Shown: positions 39,933 through 53,049, counted from the stretch's first letter. The stretch is DNA of 64,000 bases from Octopus vulgaris (GCA_951406725.2 OX597821.1:68200001-68264000), one strand, 5' to 3'. The notes: a model not told the origin generated them from the sequence alone. Program-made: numbers and translations.

Positions 39933-40317
39933 GGATTGTGTACGTGTGTCTGCGGTCGAGCGCCTTACCGAAGTCAACATACGAAACGTTTTCTCCACAA
40001 CCATTTCTGGCTGTCTAAGAGCACCATCTTTTAATTTGTGTGACTGATATATCATAACTCATCCACCCCTCTCTTTCCAGACGGTCCTAAGAGCTCAGGA
40101 AGATTAGATGGGAATCATTACGACTATAGAACTCGGTGACAAATCTAGATAGGAGAGTTATTAATTAATCTCTTAGTTTGGAATTAATCTCCTTTATTTT
40201 TCAGACATTGCAATTTCTTGATGCCAAAGCATGGCTGTTCTATTCTTGTATGAAATTCACGTCTGCCTGTCTGTCCGTCTGTATGTATGTATGTATGTAT
40301 TACTACGTTTAACTCCA

Positions 40318-40370
<53 letters not shown>

Positions 40371-40577
40371 GTGAAATAGAAAGATGAATAATCTTGTAGT
40401 AGATTAATCAAAAGTTTAACCGATACCTTAGTAGCAAAAATCACAGCAGTAAACAGCACGGTTGGAGGTACAACCATATGGTGTTGCAACCGTGCGTTGG
40501 TGCGGATAATTGAAATTAAAACATTATTGGTGAATTGAAGAAATGGAGCTGAACGCAGATTGAACAGAAATCGTTTT

Positions 40578-40669
40578 ATTTCATTCTACACGTGTTTCGA
40601 AAGGCACAAATTACCAAAATCCGATTGAATAATGGGACCATATTGTGTCTTTCTCTTCAGGAAGAAAAT
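40578..40669 (-). ncRNA. Type I hammerhead ribozyme
   Basis: Minus strand reads attttcttc CTGAAGA gaaagacacaa...ttgtgcctttc GAAA cacgtg TA gaatgaaat. The core is intact, helix II is strong and helix III is the palindrome CACGTG. Confidence 0.85.
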
Positions 40670-41018
40670 AGGAAATCCGTTGGAAAAACAAAAACAGAAC
40701 AGAGGCGGAGCAAAACCAATCGAACTATGCTCCTAAGAGCCCATAGCGAAACTGTTTATCAGTGTATGTTGAGAACCGGTGGCTGAAGAATTCAACGGGT
40801 CAGGCATCGGTCAATCATGTGGGTGAGGGTGTGTAGATGTTCTTTGTGACCGAGAATAAAGTTCTGACTATTTAAGGAATATTGGATGTTTTATAAGGGG
40901 CGAGAAAAAATCTACTTAGAGACGTGTGTGTGTGTATACTGTTCTATATATGTGTGTGTTGGCGTAGGGGTAGAAAACATTTTTTGTGTACGTGTGTGCG
41001 TTCAATTCACCAATAATG

Positions 41019-41067
<49 letters not shown>

Positions 41068-41081
<14 letters not shown>

Positions 41082-42081
41082 TGAGAATGTGTGTCTGTCT
41101 GTGTTTCCCTAAAACTTGAGAACTGCACAACCAATTTCATTCAAATTTTACGCATGCCTTACTTAGGGTCCATGTAGTTTCATGAGCAAAAAAATGTTCA
41201 ACACTTGCCTAGAGCGAGCCTATAGCAATATCATATCTTCTCCACTATTTCAGTATTACGTGTTAAAAGTGAAACAAAAACGTTTCTCTATTTTATGTCA
41301 GATACTTTCACTTTAACAATAAAAATAATAATAACAATTGAATTATATGTAGTAAATAATAATTAAAATCAAACTAAAGTATAATATAATCGTAACATAA
41401 CAAAAGTAAAAATAGCAATTGGTATAAAATTGCATCAATGACTTGAACTTGAATAAGTGGTTTCACATTAATGGGAATAAATTAAAAGTAGAATTAGCGT
41501 ACAGAAATGGAATAGTCCAGATGGATAATAAAAAATTAAATTAAAGAAAAGACTATTGTCTATAAAGTATACAATGCAGAGAAAAAAGAAGATTTGAAAA
41601 CATGGAGGAAAGCACCTTCGAAAAGTGTCTTGGTTCGACTATGAAAGGTATCTAATCAGAGGCGGTAAATTCGCCACAATAGAAGCAAGGTTCGAGTCAA
41701 CGGAGCGTGGGAGTACTCGACTCGAACTTGCAAAGTGGAAATATTTTATTTTTACCTTTATATCTAGGACGTAGGACGTCCCGGAAAATTTTTTTACCCC
41801 CCACCCCCCGAAGTAGAGGTAAGCTGGATTGTAGCCACACTTCTATACAGGAGGTAGGAGAAGATACAATTGATCGAAATTACAAGAGACGGGCTAGCAA
41901 TTCCAGTCTGTTATATATTTTGAGTATTGTTATCACTAGCGATATCAAGATATAAGTTTGTATTTTGTATTTTATGTGTAGATGTATATATATAAATGTA
42001 CATGTAATATGTACACATATATATACGCATATATACATGCACTAGCACTATGACCCGGCAACGACGGGTCTTTAATGCTAG
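41068..42081 (+). mobile_element. Non-autonomous Helitron related to the 11352-13496 element
   Basis: The 5' ~420 bp match 12995-13496 in reverse. The 3' hairpin gacccg..cgggtc is followed by CTAG|T at 42078-42082. Confidence 0.9.
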
Positions 42082-42105
42082 TATATATATATATATATAT
42101 ATATA

Positions 42106-42611
42106 TACTAAGTAATTAAGGGTTTAGCAACGAATTGCCTCACCACACACCGAATTTAGAAATAGCAGTCAAAGAGTTATAGCTATTCTTTCTACTAAAA
42201 GGGAGATCTCAGTAAAAACACAGCACTTGAAAGGCAAACACAGACAGGTAAGAGAGAATGAAATGACGGAGTTGAGATGATGCCTTCTAGTATCTCGAAA
42301 TTTAATATACAATTATTCATAATTGTAGTGTCCTACGCTGATGAGAAAAGAAGTTGGGTAAGATATAATTATCTAATTCTTATGCTTTCCTAAAACTTAA
42401 TTTCGAAACGTACGTCCGTAGGTGACTTAAAATTGTATGATAGATTGCCGTCATTTCATTCTCTCTTACCTGTCTGTATTTGCCTTTCAAGTGCTGTGTT
42501 TTTACTGAGATCTCCCTTTTAGTAGAAAGAATAGCTATAACTCTTTGACTGCTATTTCTAAATTCGGTGTGTGGTGAGGTAATTCGTTGCTAAACCCTTA
42601 ATTACTTAGTA
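42106..42611. repeat. 164-bp inverted repeat (2 mismatches by eye) with 178-bp loop
   Basis: 42106-42269 is the reverse complement of 42448-42611. The element is flanked by (TA)n. Confidence 0.95.
42332..42422 (+). ncRNA. Type I hammerhead ribozyme
   Basis: cctacg CTGATGA gaaa...tttc GAAA cgtacg TC cgtagg. Helix I is perfect, the core is intact, helix III is the palindrome CGTACG and the triplet is GUC. Confidence 0.9.
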
Positions 42612-42709
42612 TTACTTAAACTTTCCTCGAATGAGGATTTTACATGCCGAAATCTACTTGGTGTAATTAATGATTATTCCAAATTAATTAATTTCACCCT
42701 ATATTATTA

Positions 42710-42760
<51 letters not shown>

Positions 42761-42899
42761 GCTTCAAATTCGTTTACGGTGAAGGTTTTTGACTACGCAC
42801 ATAAATGGTCCCCTGGAATTACTATGCTACTGCCTCGTAATTTCATTTTACAGCAGCTATTTTATGGGATAATACCGAGCTGTGCTGATATAACGTAGG

Positions 42900-42965
<66 letters not shown>

Positions 42966-42972
42966 TATCTAT

Positions 42973-43372
42973 GCAGGAGTGGCTGTGTGGTAAGTAGGTT
43001 GCTTACCAACCACATGGTTCCGGGGTCATTCCCACTGCGTGACACCTTGGACAAGTGTCTTCTTCTATAGCCTCGGGTCGACCAAAGCCTTGTGAATGTA
43101 TTTGTTAGACTGAAACTGAAGGAAGCCCGTCGTATATATGTATGTGTGTGTATATATTTGTGTGACTGTGTTTGTCCCTCCACCATCGCTTGACAACCGA
43201 GGCTGGTGTGTTTACATCCCCGTAACTTAGCGGCTCGGCAAAAGAGATCGATAGAATATGTAGTAGGCTTACAAAGAATAAGTCCTGGGGGCGATTTGCT
43301 CTACTAAAGGCGGTGCTCCAGCATGGCCGCAGTCAAATGACTGAAACTAGTAAAAGAGTAAAAGAGTAAAGA
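42973..43372 (+). mobile_element. tRNA-derived SINE family B (CORE-like, internal microsatellite)
   Basis: Head gcaggagtggctgtgtggtaag, body accttggacaagtgtcttc and tail ggcggtgctccagcatggccgcagtcaaatgactgaaac plus (taaaagag)n. Confidence 0.88.
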
Positions 43373-43899
43373 GGGCTGGCACAAACGTTAGCATGTCGGA
43401 TAAAATGCTTAGCGGCATTCTTCCGGCACTTTACGTATTTTGGTTTCTGCGTTCAAATGCAGCCAAGTCCAATTTTGCTTTTTATGCATTCGTGGTCGAT
43501 GAAAGGAAGTATCAGTCAAGTACTAAGATCGATGTAATCGTCTTATTCCCTTGCTGGCTTTGAAACCTGCAACTGTTCGACATTCCGTTCGTGGGGAAGA
43601 TCATGGTTGTGATCTCGATTACTTATATGCCAAGAAAACCAGATAACCGGCCATACGAGTTCCAGGAATCGAGAAACATATCTAAATACTCTTTTACTCT
43701 TTTATTTGTTTCAGTTATTTGACTGCGGTCATGCCGGAGCACAGCTTTTAGTCGAGCAAATTGACTCCAGAACTTATTCTTTGTAAGCCTAGTACTTATT
43801 CTATAGGTCTCTTTTACCGATGTTGGAGTGAACTGCAGCAACAGAATCGATGAGCGTTATATGTTCAACTTTAGAGAAGTCTTTCATGATACTACTGTC

Positions 43900-44350
43900 C
43901 CGCTTACATATTGTATTACCATAACGCATCTTAACTGGTCATTTTCTTTCCTTAAAATCCAAACTTTTGTTTGCCATTGCCGCTTAGACATATTCTGAAT
44001 TAGCCTAGGACACCGATAGGTACAAATATAGAAGTTGTTATTCAGAAATATTCACTTTCTCACTAACTTGGGAAAGCAGGCTCACATCTGCAAAACACTT
44101 GAGCTCTATAACTGTACATTACTCAGCGGAATGCTTGTTGGAATATTCCAGCATTTTTCCTTGTATTATATTCAATAACAGGTTTATTATCTATATTTCA
44201 ACGAGGGCAATCTTTCTTCCGGGTATCATTTCATATTGCTTTATCAACAAAAACATAGCACTCTGGAAGATACTGTCTTATGAATGGTATGATCCTAGAA
44301 GCCAACAAATACTTTCTCATCTTGAATGTTTAAGAGCGTCACTGTCACTT
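43900..44350 (-). mobile_element. Very decayed LINE reverse transcriptase fragment
   Basis: Remnants FAD.SLL and F.YL.V, with many stops. Confidence 0.35.
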
Positions 44351-45515
44351 CTCTTCAACTGCCTCCACGCTCTTATATCACAGAGTATTTCGCTTTGTTA
44401 AGGTACGCTGGTCCAGCATTTCTCTTGTCACAAAGAAGGCAAGTAAGAAATCGATACTTCTTGAGCAGTTCATTATTGCCTTTCCATTCTCATTTCAACA
44501 TTTGGTTTATGCATTTATCTTTGCCGCTGCTCTTTGACGGATGCTGTTTGAACTCTTCTCTTATGATCAGGCTCGTTAATTTCATAAATTTATGGAAGCT
44601 TCCAATTGATATTAGAATCATAAGGGTTTGATATCGAGGGAGCAGACTTCTCCGATAAATCAGTTAAGATTCCCAACAGTCGTTATCAGTATTAGTAGCG
44701 CAAATTCATTGTAAGGCATTATCTTCTGGTAAGGGAAGAGTTCTCACTACCATATTTTTAAAATCTCGTATCATAGTCTCTTATGATGTTAACGTTGTCC
44801 ACAGAACCTCTACATATATATTTCCGTCGGCACTTAGGTGTTTGTAGTGCAAGTAATATAAAAAGAACATACATGTAAAAGTTTGGGGGTTTGGCAAACA
44901 ATTTTTTTCTGCATTAATTTATCAAACATACAGTTCCTTTTACCTAAATTCCACACCTATGCTAGATGGAAACGTTACTAAACCCAGCTGCTTCTCAGCG
45001 TTGTAAATATTTCTAGTGCAGATCTTAAACCTTTCTACGAAGAAGCTACGTATTACGTTGGTATCGTTGGCTGTGGTAGGTTTTAACATGTAACCACTAT
45101 GGTTTTTCTAAAGAAATTACAGTGAATTTGAATCCTCCTCAGAATGTTTCCTTTGAAATACTTATAAAATTGAGGGCCATCCTCCCGCTTTGGCTTACAC
45201 GTACAAGATTTATTTCAATGTGACACTGGCTAAGTTTTACTTGTCTATTCCCATCTAAAATGGTTTCTTGTTTAACGATACTTTAATGAAATTGGAAAAA
45301 TTATTTTCAAGCTATGGCTTTAAAATGCATCATCATCTCTTCAGTATCAGCTTCATAAAGATATATAAGAGTTGACTGGTGGAGATGGTGGCGGTTGAGT
45401 TTCACTTTTAATGGCATCTTCAATGACAGCATTACGCTCGTTTTGAAATTCTTCCGAATATAGACAAACACCACAGGAGTTGGAATAATAGTTGTTGTCA
45501 TCAGTGACAGCTATT

Positions 45516-45752
45516 TTTCAGGTGAAGAAGCACGCCTGTTGTTGGAGCAATCGAGCCATGAAATAGCTTTAAGTTTGTATAAGCTTCCTTCAACTTATAT
45601 TTTAACTGATACATACAGCAAATAGAAGCAGTTTCAGGTGAAGAAGCACGCCTGTTGTTGGAGCAATCGAGCCATGAAATAGCTTTAAGTTTGTATAAGC
45701 TTCCTTCAACTTATATTTTAACTGATACATACAGCAAATAGAAGCAGTTTCA
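45516..45752. repeat. Exact 116-bp tandem duplication
   Basis: Two identical units with TTTCA microhomology at the junctions. Confidence 0.95.
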
Positions 45753-46334
45753 TCTCCTTTTTTGCAACACCAGAGTTGATATGGTTTAAATGCAAAAACC
45801 AGTGGAAGTGAGAATACTTATGCTGAGATGAGTCAAAGATTTGGTAGTATTCCTGGTGTTAGTCGTACTGTTAGTATCGGTTTGGGCGTTGTTTTGGCAT
45901 GTGGTCGTAAACACGAAATCTAAATAAATGAAAAGTACTTTTAATAATCCAGAATAACGCTAAGTTATTGAGCAAAAGAAGTTTCTCTCGTTTATAACAG
46001 TAGAAGAAACCCGTTGCCGATTTAGTCTGGGCTGTATTGGCATAATTGTTGAGCGAGATACTCAAACGCACATTGTATATGGTTGGCTAAGACTTTCCAT
46101 TTTGTTGTTCACCACGGTGTGTTAGGTTACGTGTGTTTTAAGCCTCACAATCATAAAGTCGTTGGTTTCCATACTAGACCGAGCGGCGTGTTGCATTCTT
46201 GAGCAAGTTACATCATTTCACATAATTCCAGTTTACTCCCTCCACTTGTCAAATTTTCTATATTCCGCTAGGTGAAATGTGAAAGCCCTGAGAATGTGCC
46301 TATGTTTGCTGAAGATAACATAAGCAGCTACAAC

Positions 46335-46525
46335 ATCTAGCGAAAGCATGTTGGCGATTTTTTTTCCTCTGTCTTCCCTTCTCGGGATCTTTCCTTCTCC
46401 TATGTTTCCGACGAAGAGCTCCGCTCGAAACGTTAAACCCTCCTTCTTCCCCTCTTACCTGAGTGTCCAATAATACTATATTTGTTCCACGTCCTCGCGT
46501 TGTTGTGTTTTTTTGTGTTTTCTTG
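46335..46525 (+). mobile_element. Short interspersed repeat with minimal hammerhead-like motif (Penelope-terminus-like)
   Basis: gttt CCGACGA a gagc-tcc-gctc GAAA cgtt aaac. Related copies lie at 48480-48660(-), 49600-49765(+) and 52570-52785(-). Confidence 0.65.
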
Positions 46526-46983
46526 TATGTATATATATATATATATATATATACACGCATCAATATATGATATGTATGCATGTTTCTAAGCTTATTTTAT
46601 AAATACGTATGACAAGTTATGATATATATATATATGTATATATATGTAATGTTATGCTATGCTTGGCAATGTATGTACGTACGTAGCTATGATTATATGC
46701 ATGTATGAATTCAATATGTATGCATCTACGAATGTATGTATGTATATATATGAATGGATACATATATACATATACATGTGTGTACACGCGCGCGCCTATG
46801 TGTGCATTAAGTATTTGAAATTTATTAGCGAAAAGTTGGTCACTAACGAAGCGACAAAATAACTTTTTGAGTCAGGAAACTTTCATGGATTTCGAAATAC
46901 GTGCGTCAGTGTGTGCATACACGCATATATATGTCTGGATACATTTTTACAAATGTAATAGGTGCGGATTATATGCATTTATT

Positions 46984-47787
46984 AAGGCGGCGAACTGGAA
47001 CAAACATTAGCACACCGGAGAAATGCTTAGCGGTATTTCGTCTGCCGCTACGTTCTGAGTTCAAATTCCGCCGAGGCCGACTTTGCCTTTTATCCTTTCG
47101 GGGTCGATTAAATAAGTACCAGTTACGCACTGGGGTCGATATAATTGACTTCATCCGTTTGTCTGTCCTTGTTTTCCCCTCTCTGTTAAGCCCCTTGTGA
47201 GCAATAAAGAAATAAGAAACGTTAGCACGCCGGGCGAAATGCTTAGCGGTATTTCGTCTGCCGCTACGTTCTGAGTTCAAATTCCGCCGAGGTCGACTTT
47301 GCCTTTCATCCTTTCGGGGTCGATTAAATAAGTACCAGTTACGCACTGGGGTCGATGTAATCGACTTAATCCGTTTGTCTGTCCTTGTCTGTCCCTTCTG
47401 TGTGTAGCCCCTTGTGGGTAGTAAAGAAATAGGTATTTCGCCTGCCGTTACGTTCTGATTTCAAATTCCGCCGAGGTCGGCTTTGCCTTTCATCCTTTCG
47501 GGGTCGATTAAATAAGTACCAAGTACGCACTGGGGTTGATGTAATCGACTTAATCCCTTTGTCTGTCCTTTCTTGTCCCCTCTATATTTAGCCCCTTGTG
47601 GGTAGTAAAGAAATAGGCATTTCGTCTGTCTTTACGGTCTGAGTGCAAATTTCGTCGAGGTCAACTTGACCTTTCATCCTTTTGGGGTCGATAAAATAAG
47701 TACCTGTTGCGTACTGAGATCGATCTAATCGACTGGCCCCCTCCCACCAAAACATTTCGGACCTTGTGCTTAGAGTCGAAAAGATTA
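46984..47787 (+). mobile_element. SINE family A tandem tetramer
   Basis: Units start at ~46984, ~47214, ~47431 and ~47616. The first three end in the gccccttgtg..aaagaaata tail, the last in the ordinary tail. Confidence 0.9.
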
Positions 47788-47789
47788 TA

Positions 47790-48172
47790 CTTTACTCTAT
47801 TGCTCTTTTACTTGTTTTAGTCATGTGACCGTGGCCATGCTGGAGCACCGCCTTCAGTCGAGCAAATCGTCCCCAGGACTTATTCTTTGTAAGTCTAGTA
47901 CTTATTCTATCGGCCTCTTGTGCCGAACCGGTAAGTTACGGGGACGTAAACACACCAGCATCAGTTGTCAAGCGATGGTGGGGGGACAAATACAGACATA
48001 CAGTCACATGCACACACATACACATATAGATATACATATATACGACGGGCTTCTTTCAGTTTCCGTCTACCAAATCCACTCACAAGGCTTTGATCGGCCC
48101 GAGGCTATAGTAGAAGACACTTGCCCAAGGTAGCACGCAATGGGACTGAACCCGGAAGCATATGGTTCGTAA
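47790..48172 (-). mobile_element. SINE family B copy
   Basis: Reverse complement of 42973-43372. Confidence 0.88.
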
Positions 48173-48276
48173 GCATGCATTTATTTGTAATTAATCATTC
48201 ACATACACACTCACACTTGCTTATATCTGCTTGTTTGCATGTGTGTGTATTTGTGTGTGTTGGTATATATATATGT

Positions 48277-48347
<71 letters not shown>

Positions 48348-48479
48348 TGTGTATCTATTATCTTTTGTCTTTTACTTGTTTCAATCATTAGGGTCGGGCC
48401 ATGCTAGGGCAAGACTGAAATGCATTAAAAATTAATAACATAATGTGTGTATGCATATATATAGTAAATAAAAAAAAAG

Positions 48480-48660
48480 AAGATGAACAAACACAAAAAC
48501 AACTACGCGAGGACGTGGTACCAGTAAAGTATTAGCAGACCCACAGGGAAGGAAAGAAAGATGGTTTAACGTTTCGAGTAACGCTCTTCTTCAGCAACAG
48601 AGGAAAGTCCAATAGAAAGGAAGACGGAGGAAGAAAATCGCCAACGATTCACATGTGGTT
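48480..48660 (-). mobile_element. Minimal-hammerhead repeat copy
   Basis: Minus strand reads gttg CTGAAGA a gag-cgtta-ctc GAAA cgtt aaac. Confidence 0.65.
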
Positions 48661-48672
48661 ACAGTATATATG

Positions 48673-48737
<65 letters not shown>

Positions 48738-49036
48738 AAATGGGACAACAAAACATCCAGTTAGACGATACAAAGAAACCAAGGATGGGTCATTCGGGGT
48801 TTTCTTTCCTAAGTCCAGTACCAGATTATCTTCGCAATTTCGGCTGATTAAACTCGAGATTGCTCCAATCTGGCTAGACCCAAAGAAAAACTAAACTAAG
48901 AGCACTAGATTCCTTGGAAGAAAGCAGCGAATGTATACGAAAACAAAGACAGAAAAAACGGAAACTATTACACAAATACAGAAAAAATAATAACAAGACA
49001 TAACAACAGGTGCTTTTCGTCTAAAGACGATTTATA

Positions 49037-49138
<102 letters not shown>

Positions 49139-49468
49139 TCTTACAAATGTAAGCACTGGCAGAAACATAACTTTAGCTCATATAAGTGATTTATACCAGT
49201 CTGTATAGTTTGAACATTTAGTTCACCTTGCACTTTACTTCAATAAAGAAATCTACTTCCAAGCCTTTGAATATTTTTTGAACCAACATATCCCTATATT
49301 TCTCTTTTATTTGTTCTCTACTTATTATTTCTTTATCCCTTCTCTTTCTCTGGTCTACCTTTGGCGTCGGATCTACTAACGGTTATAAAATACTTAATAA
49401 CGCTCTGGTATCATTTATGCAGTCATCAAAATTGTTATACTGTCTTGTTGTTGAGGTGGGTTCTCTTT

Positions 49469-49519
49469 CTTTCCTGATGAGAAGATTACATTATTTTACA
49501 CCGAAACATATGTCGAAAG
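49469..49519 (+). ncRNA. Type I hammerhead ribozyme
   Basis: ctttc CTGATGA g...c GAAA catatg TC gaaag. Helix I pairs and can be extended, helix III is the palindrome CATATG, and helix II is degenerate. Confidence 0.7.
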
Positions 49520-49560
49520 TAAAAGAATAACATCTGGGTTCAACTCTATTTCCTTATATA

Positions 49561-49594
<34 letters not shown>

Positions 49595-49599
49595 CGTTT

Positions 49600-49765
49600 A
49601 ACCGTTAGTCGGTACACATTTTTCTCTCTCCGGTTTTTCCTCCCAGACCTTTCTGTCGAAGAGCCTAGGCTCGAAACGTCAAAAGCTTTCCCATTTTTCA
49701 TGAGCGTTAAACTAACGCATCTGCTTGTTGTTCCTTCACCTCTTTTTGTCTTTTGCTTTCTCTAA
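49600..49765 (+). mobile_element. Minimal-hammerhead repeat copy
   Basis: cttt CTGTCGA a gagc-ctag-gctc GAAA cg TC aaaag. Confidence 0.6.
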
Positions 49766-49839
49766 ATATGAAATATACATACATACATCAATATCTATAT
49801 GTGTTATCATGTATGTTATAGATGTATGCTTGTGTGTGT

Positions 49840-49944
<105 letters not shown>

Positions 49945-50223
49945 AATACAGATATATATATATACATATATATGTATATATATATATCTGTGTGTGTGTG
50001 TGTATGTGTGTGAGTGTGTATTTACACATACACTCATACATATATACATATAGATATATATATATCACATGCATTAGCATGTAGAAAACGGGGGAGCAAC
50101 GTTCTTAATATATGCAATAGCGTTTATTCATTCGCAGCGGATTATTCACAAAAGATTCCTTTGTTTCCTGGCAAATGTATACAGCAGCTATGCATGCACA
50201 TATCTATATACATCTATACATAA

Positions 50224-50290
<67 letters not shown>

Positions 50291-50670
50291 TAACACACTA
50301 ACGCAGTGCCAACGTTTCTTTCATGTTTACACTGATGTATAATTATATGCATTTAAAAGAAAAAAGTACAAAATTGGTGTCAGCAAAAATGTACCAGCTG
50401 TATAGAATGTGTTTGAAAGTTTTCATTTTGTGTTAGTGTACTAATAGTTAACACAAATATAACAAATTGGCTCACGCTATGAAATACGTAATATTTTTTT
50501 TTTTTTTCAATAGCTGTGAGCTGTTTCTTATCTGTATCATGGTGATTTGTTTCAGTAAAATTGTAAACTCTAACACGAGAAAGTTTACAGTTTGATACTT
50601 CCGTGCTGTTGTATAACAGTGAGAACGTGGCTGTGTACGTGTTCCCATTTACTGGAAGAGGATTTGTGTG

Positions 50671-50738
<68 letters not shown>

Positions 50739-50755
50739 CATATACATATATATAT

Positions 50756-50798
<43 letters not shown>

Positions 50799-50813
50799 GT
50801 GTGTGTGTATACA

Positions 50814-50872
<59 letters not shown>

Positions 50873-51419
50873 AATTCACTTATCTGAAGCTGATTTTTCA
50901 TTTTTCTGGTTTCCGTTCTTAGCAGTCGGAATGTTGAGCGCAAATGAAAATTTTTCTATATCATGTATTAAACTCTTCTTCTGTTCTTTGTTTACTTTGT
51001 ATGCTGAAACAGACATGTGTGTTTGCATGTATGTGACTGTGTGTGAGTGTGTGTGTGTGTGTGTGTGCGTATGTGCGTATGGATGGATGGATGGATGGAT
51101 GGATGGATGGATGGATTTATAGACGTTACATTCTTATATAGATTTTAAGCCTAAACATATTTAACACACGGAAGTGTATCTTGGTTATAGAAACTGAATC
51201 CTCTTGCAGCATGGTATTAAGGTACCATGACCCAACACACGAATGTCTCCATTACAGTAGTTCTGGCTCGGCTAAATTCGGTCCTGTAGTCATTACGGGT
51301 TTAATCGTAGAATGGATGTCAGGTGCAAGGAGAAGGAAGAAGTACATTGTAAGAAGTAGCGAAAAATCTCTTGTATTTTATTTATTTATCATCGTCAATC
51401 TACGTTTTATTTTATTTTT

Positions 51420-51665
51420 TTTTTATTTCATCTAGTTTCAGCTCACGAGCTATGGCTGTGCTGGGGCACCGCCATTTGGTGTTGCTACATAATTTTACTT
51501 CACGAATGCTTTTTAGCAATTGACATTTGGTTGCGAAGTTGGTTCATCTGGGACATCTGACAGGAAGAGGTCCAGCTTTATTTTGAAGACATCTACATCC
51601 ACCCCATGCAGGTCTCTCAGGTTCTTCGGGAGGATATTGAAGAGCTGTGGTCCTCTGAAGCCTAG
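51420..51665 (-). mobile_element. CR1/L2-like LINE 3' end
   Basis: Minus strand translates LGFRGPQLFNILPKNLRDLHGVDVDVFKIKLDLFLSDVPDEP. A 3' UTR ending ggcggtgccccagc..gctgaaac and an A-rich tail follow. Confidence 0.8.
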
Positions 51666-52336
51666 GCTTCATATTTGTGAATATCTTTGCATAATAAAAC
51701 TCAAATCATAGAAATAAAGCGGAACAATTTATTACCGACTTATTTAATGAATATGGTATATCAAAGGCTGAAATAAAACTACCTACGGCAACAGGATAAC
51801 TACTACATGTGGATGAGAAGAGGAAACTTAATGAAGGACTAATTCTCGTCTGATCAAGTTTAGCAACGTTTAACCTGGTTGTTACTTAGATGATTGACTG
51901 CTTGGAAGCCTTTGTGCTACGAGCATATTTTCAAGACCATGTTCCATTTTAAGCGCAGTCTAATCCATGAAACAAGTAAAAGAATATAACAGTAATAAGA
52001 TAAAGAGAATAGTAGGATAAGCAATACAGCTTTCAATTTATGTAGGCGAGATCAAACTATTTCAGACTGGCTAGTACATCGTCAGATGTGAGATCATCAG
52101 GAAAATCTTTATATTTGACATACGCAAAGTCATCCAACGATCGTCAACAACATTTTCCTTCGACCATAAAAAAAACAAACAAATTGCCAGGGTTTTTCCT
52201 GACATTCACATCAGATAATGTCATTCCAAATAGCAGTACAATAAGCAATCCTCCTAGCACAGAAAAAAGTTGCCGTGAAAGAAACCAACAGAAAACTAAA
52301 GGACATACTACCCTGGAAGAAAAAATACTAAAATAA

Positions 52337-52508
52337 GTGGCTGTGTTATAAGTAGCTTGCTTTCGAACCACATGGTTCCGGGTTCAGTCCTACTGCGTGG
52401 CACCTTGGGCAAATGTCTTCTACTATAGCCTCGGGCCGACCAAAGCCTTGTGGGTGGATTTGGTAGACGGAAACTGAAAGAAGCCCGTCGTATATATATG
52501 TATTCATG

Positions 52509-52573
<65 letters not shown>

Positions 52574-53022
52574 GAGAATTCACAAAACAAAACAAAAGAC
52601 GAAGACAGGTGGTGTTAACAACAAAAAACTGTATTGGTATTTAACGCTCGGGAAGTGAAAAAGTCTTTAACGTTTTGAACCTACGCTCTTCCACAGAAAG
52701 GAACACAGAAAGAAACAAGGAGAGAAAATAAAGAATGTGTAGTGGCTAGCGATCTATCATGGTGAATGTCGGACAGAAGGGTCATATGTATGTGTGAGTG
52801 TATATGTTTGTGTGTCTGTGTTTGTCCCCCTACCTAACATCGTTTGACAACCGATGCTGGTGTGTTTACGTCCCCGTAACTTAGCGGTTCTGCAAAACAG
52901 ACCGATAGAATGAGTGCTAGGCTTACAAAGAATAAGTCCTAGGGTCGATTTGCTCGACTAAAGGCGGTGCTCCAGCATGGCCAAAGTCAAATGACTGAAA
53001 CAAGTAAACGAGTAAAAGAGTA
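52337..53022 (+). mobile_element. SINE family B with nested minimal-hammerhead repeat (52570-52785, minus) in its TA tract
   Basis: SINE head and body at 52337-52495, tail at 52790-53022, foreign insert between them. Confidence 0.85.
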
Positions 53023-53049
53023 TACAGTCACTTCACAAAATTGTTTTGT

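Noticed and set aside
46984-47787. CRISPR-like repeat array
   Set aside because: The units are ~200-bp SINE copies with no unique spacers, the context is eukaryotic and there are no cas genes.
52020-52092. Hammerhead candidate on the minus strand (CTGACGA...GAAA gctg TA)
   Set aside because: Helix III is truncated and helix I does not pair.
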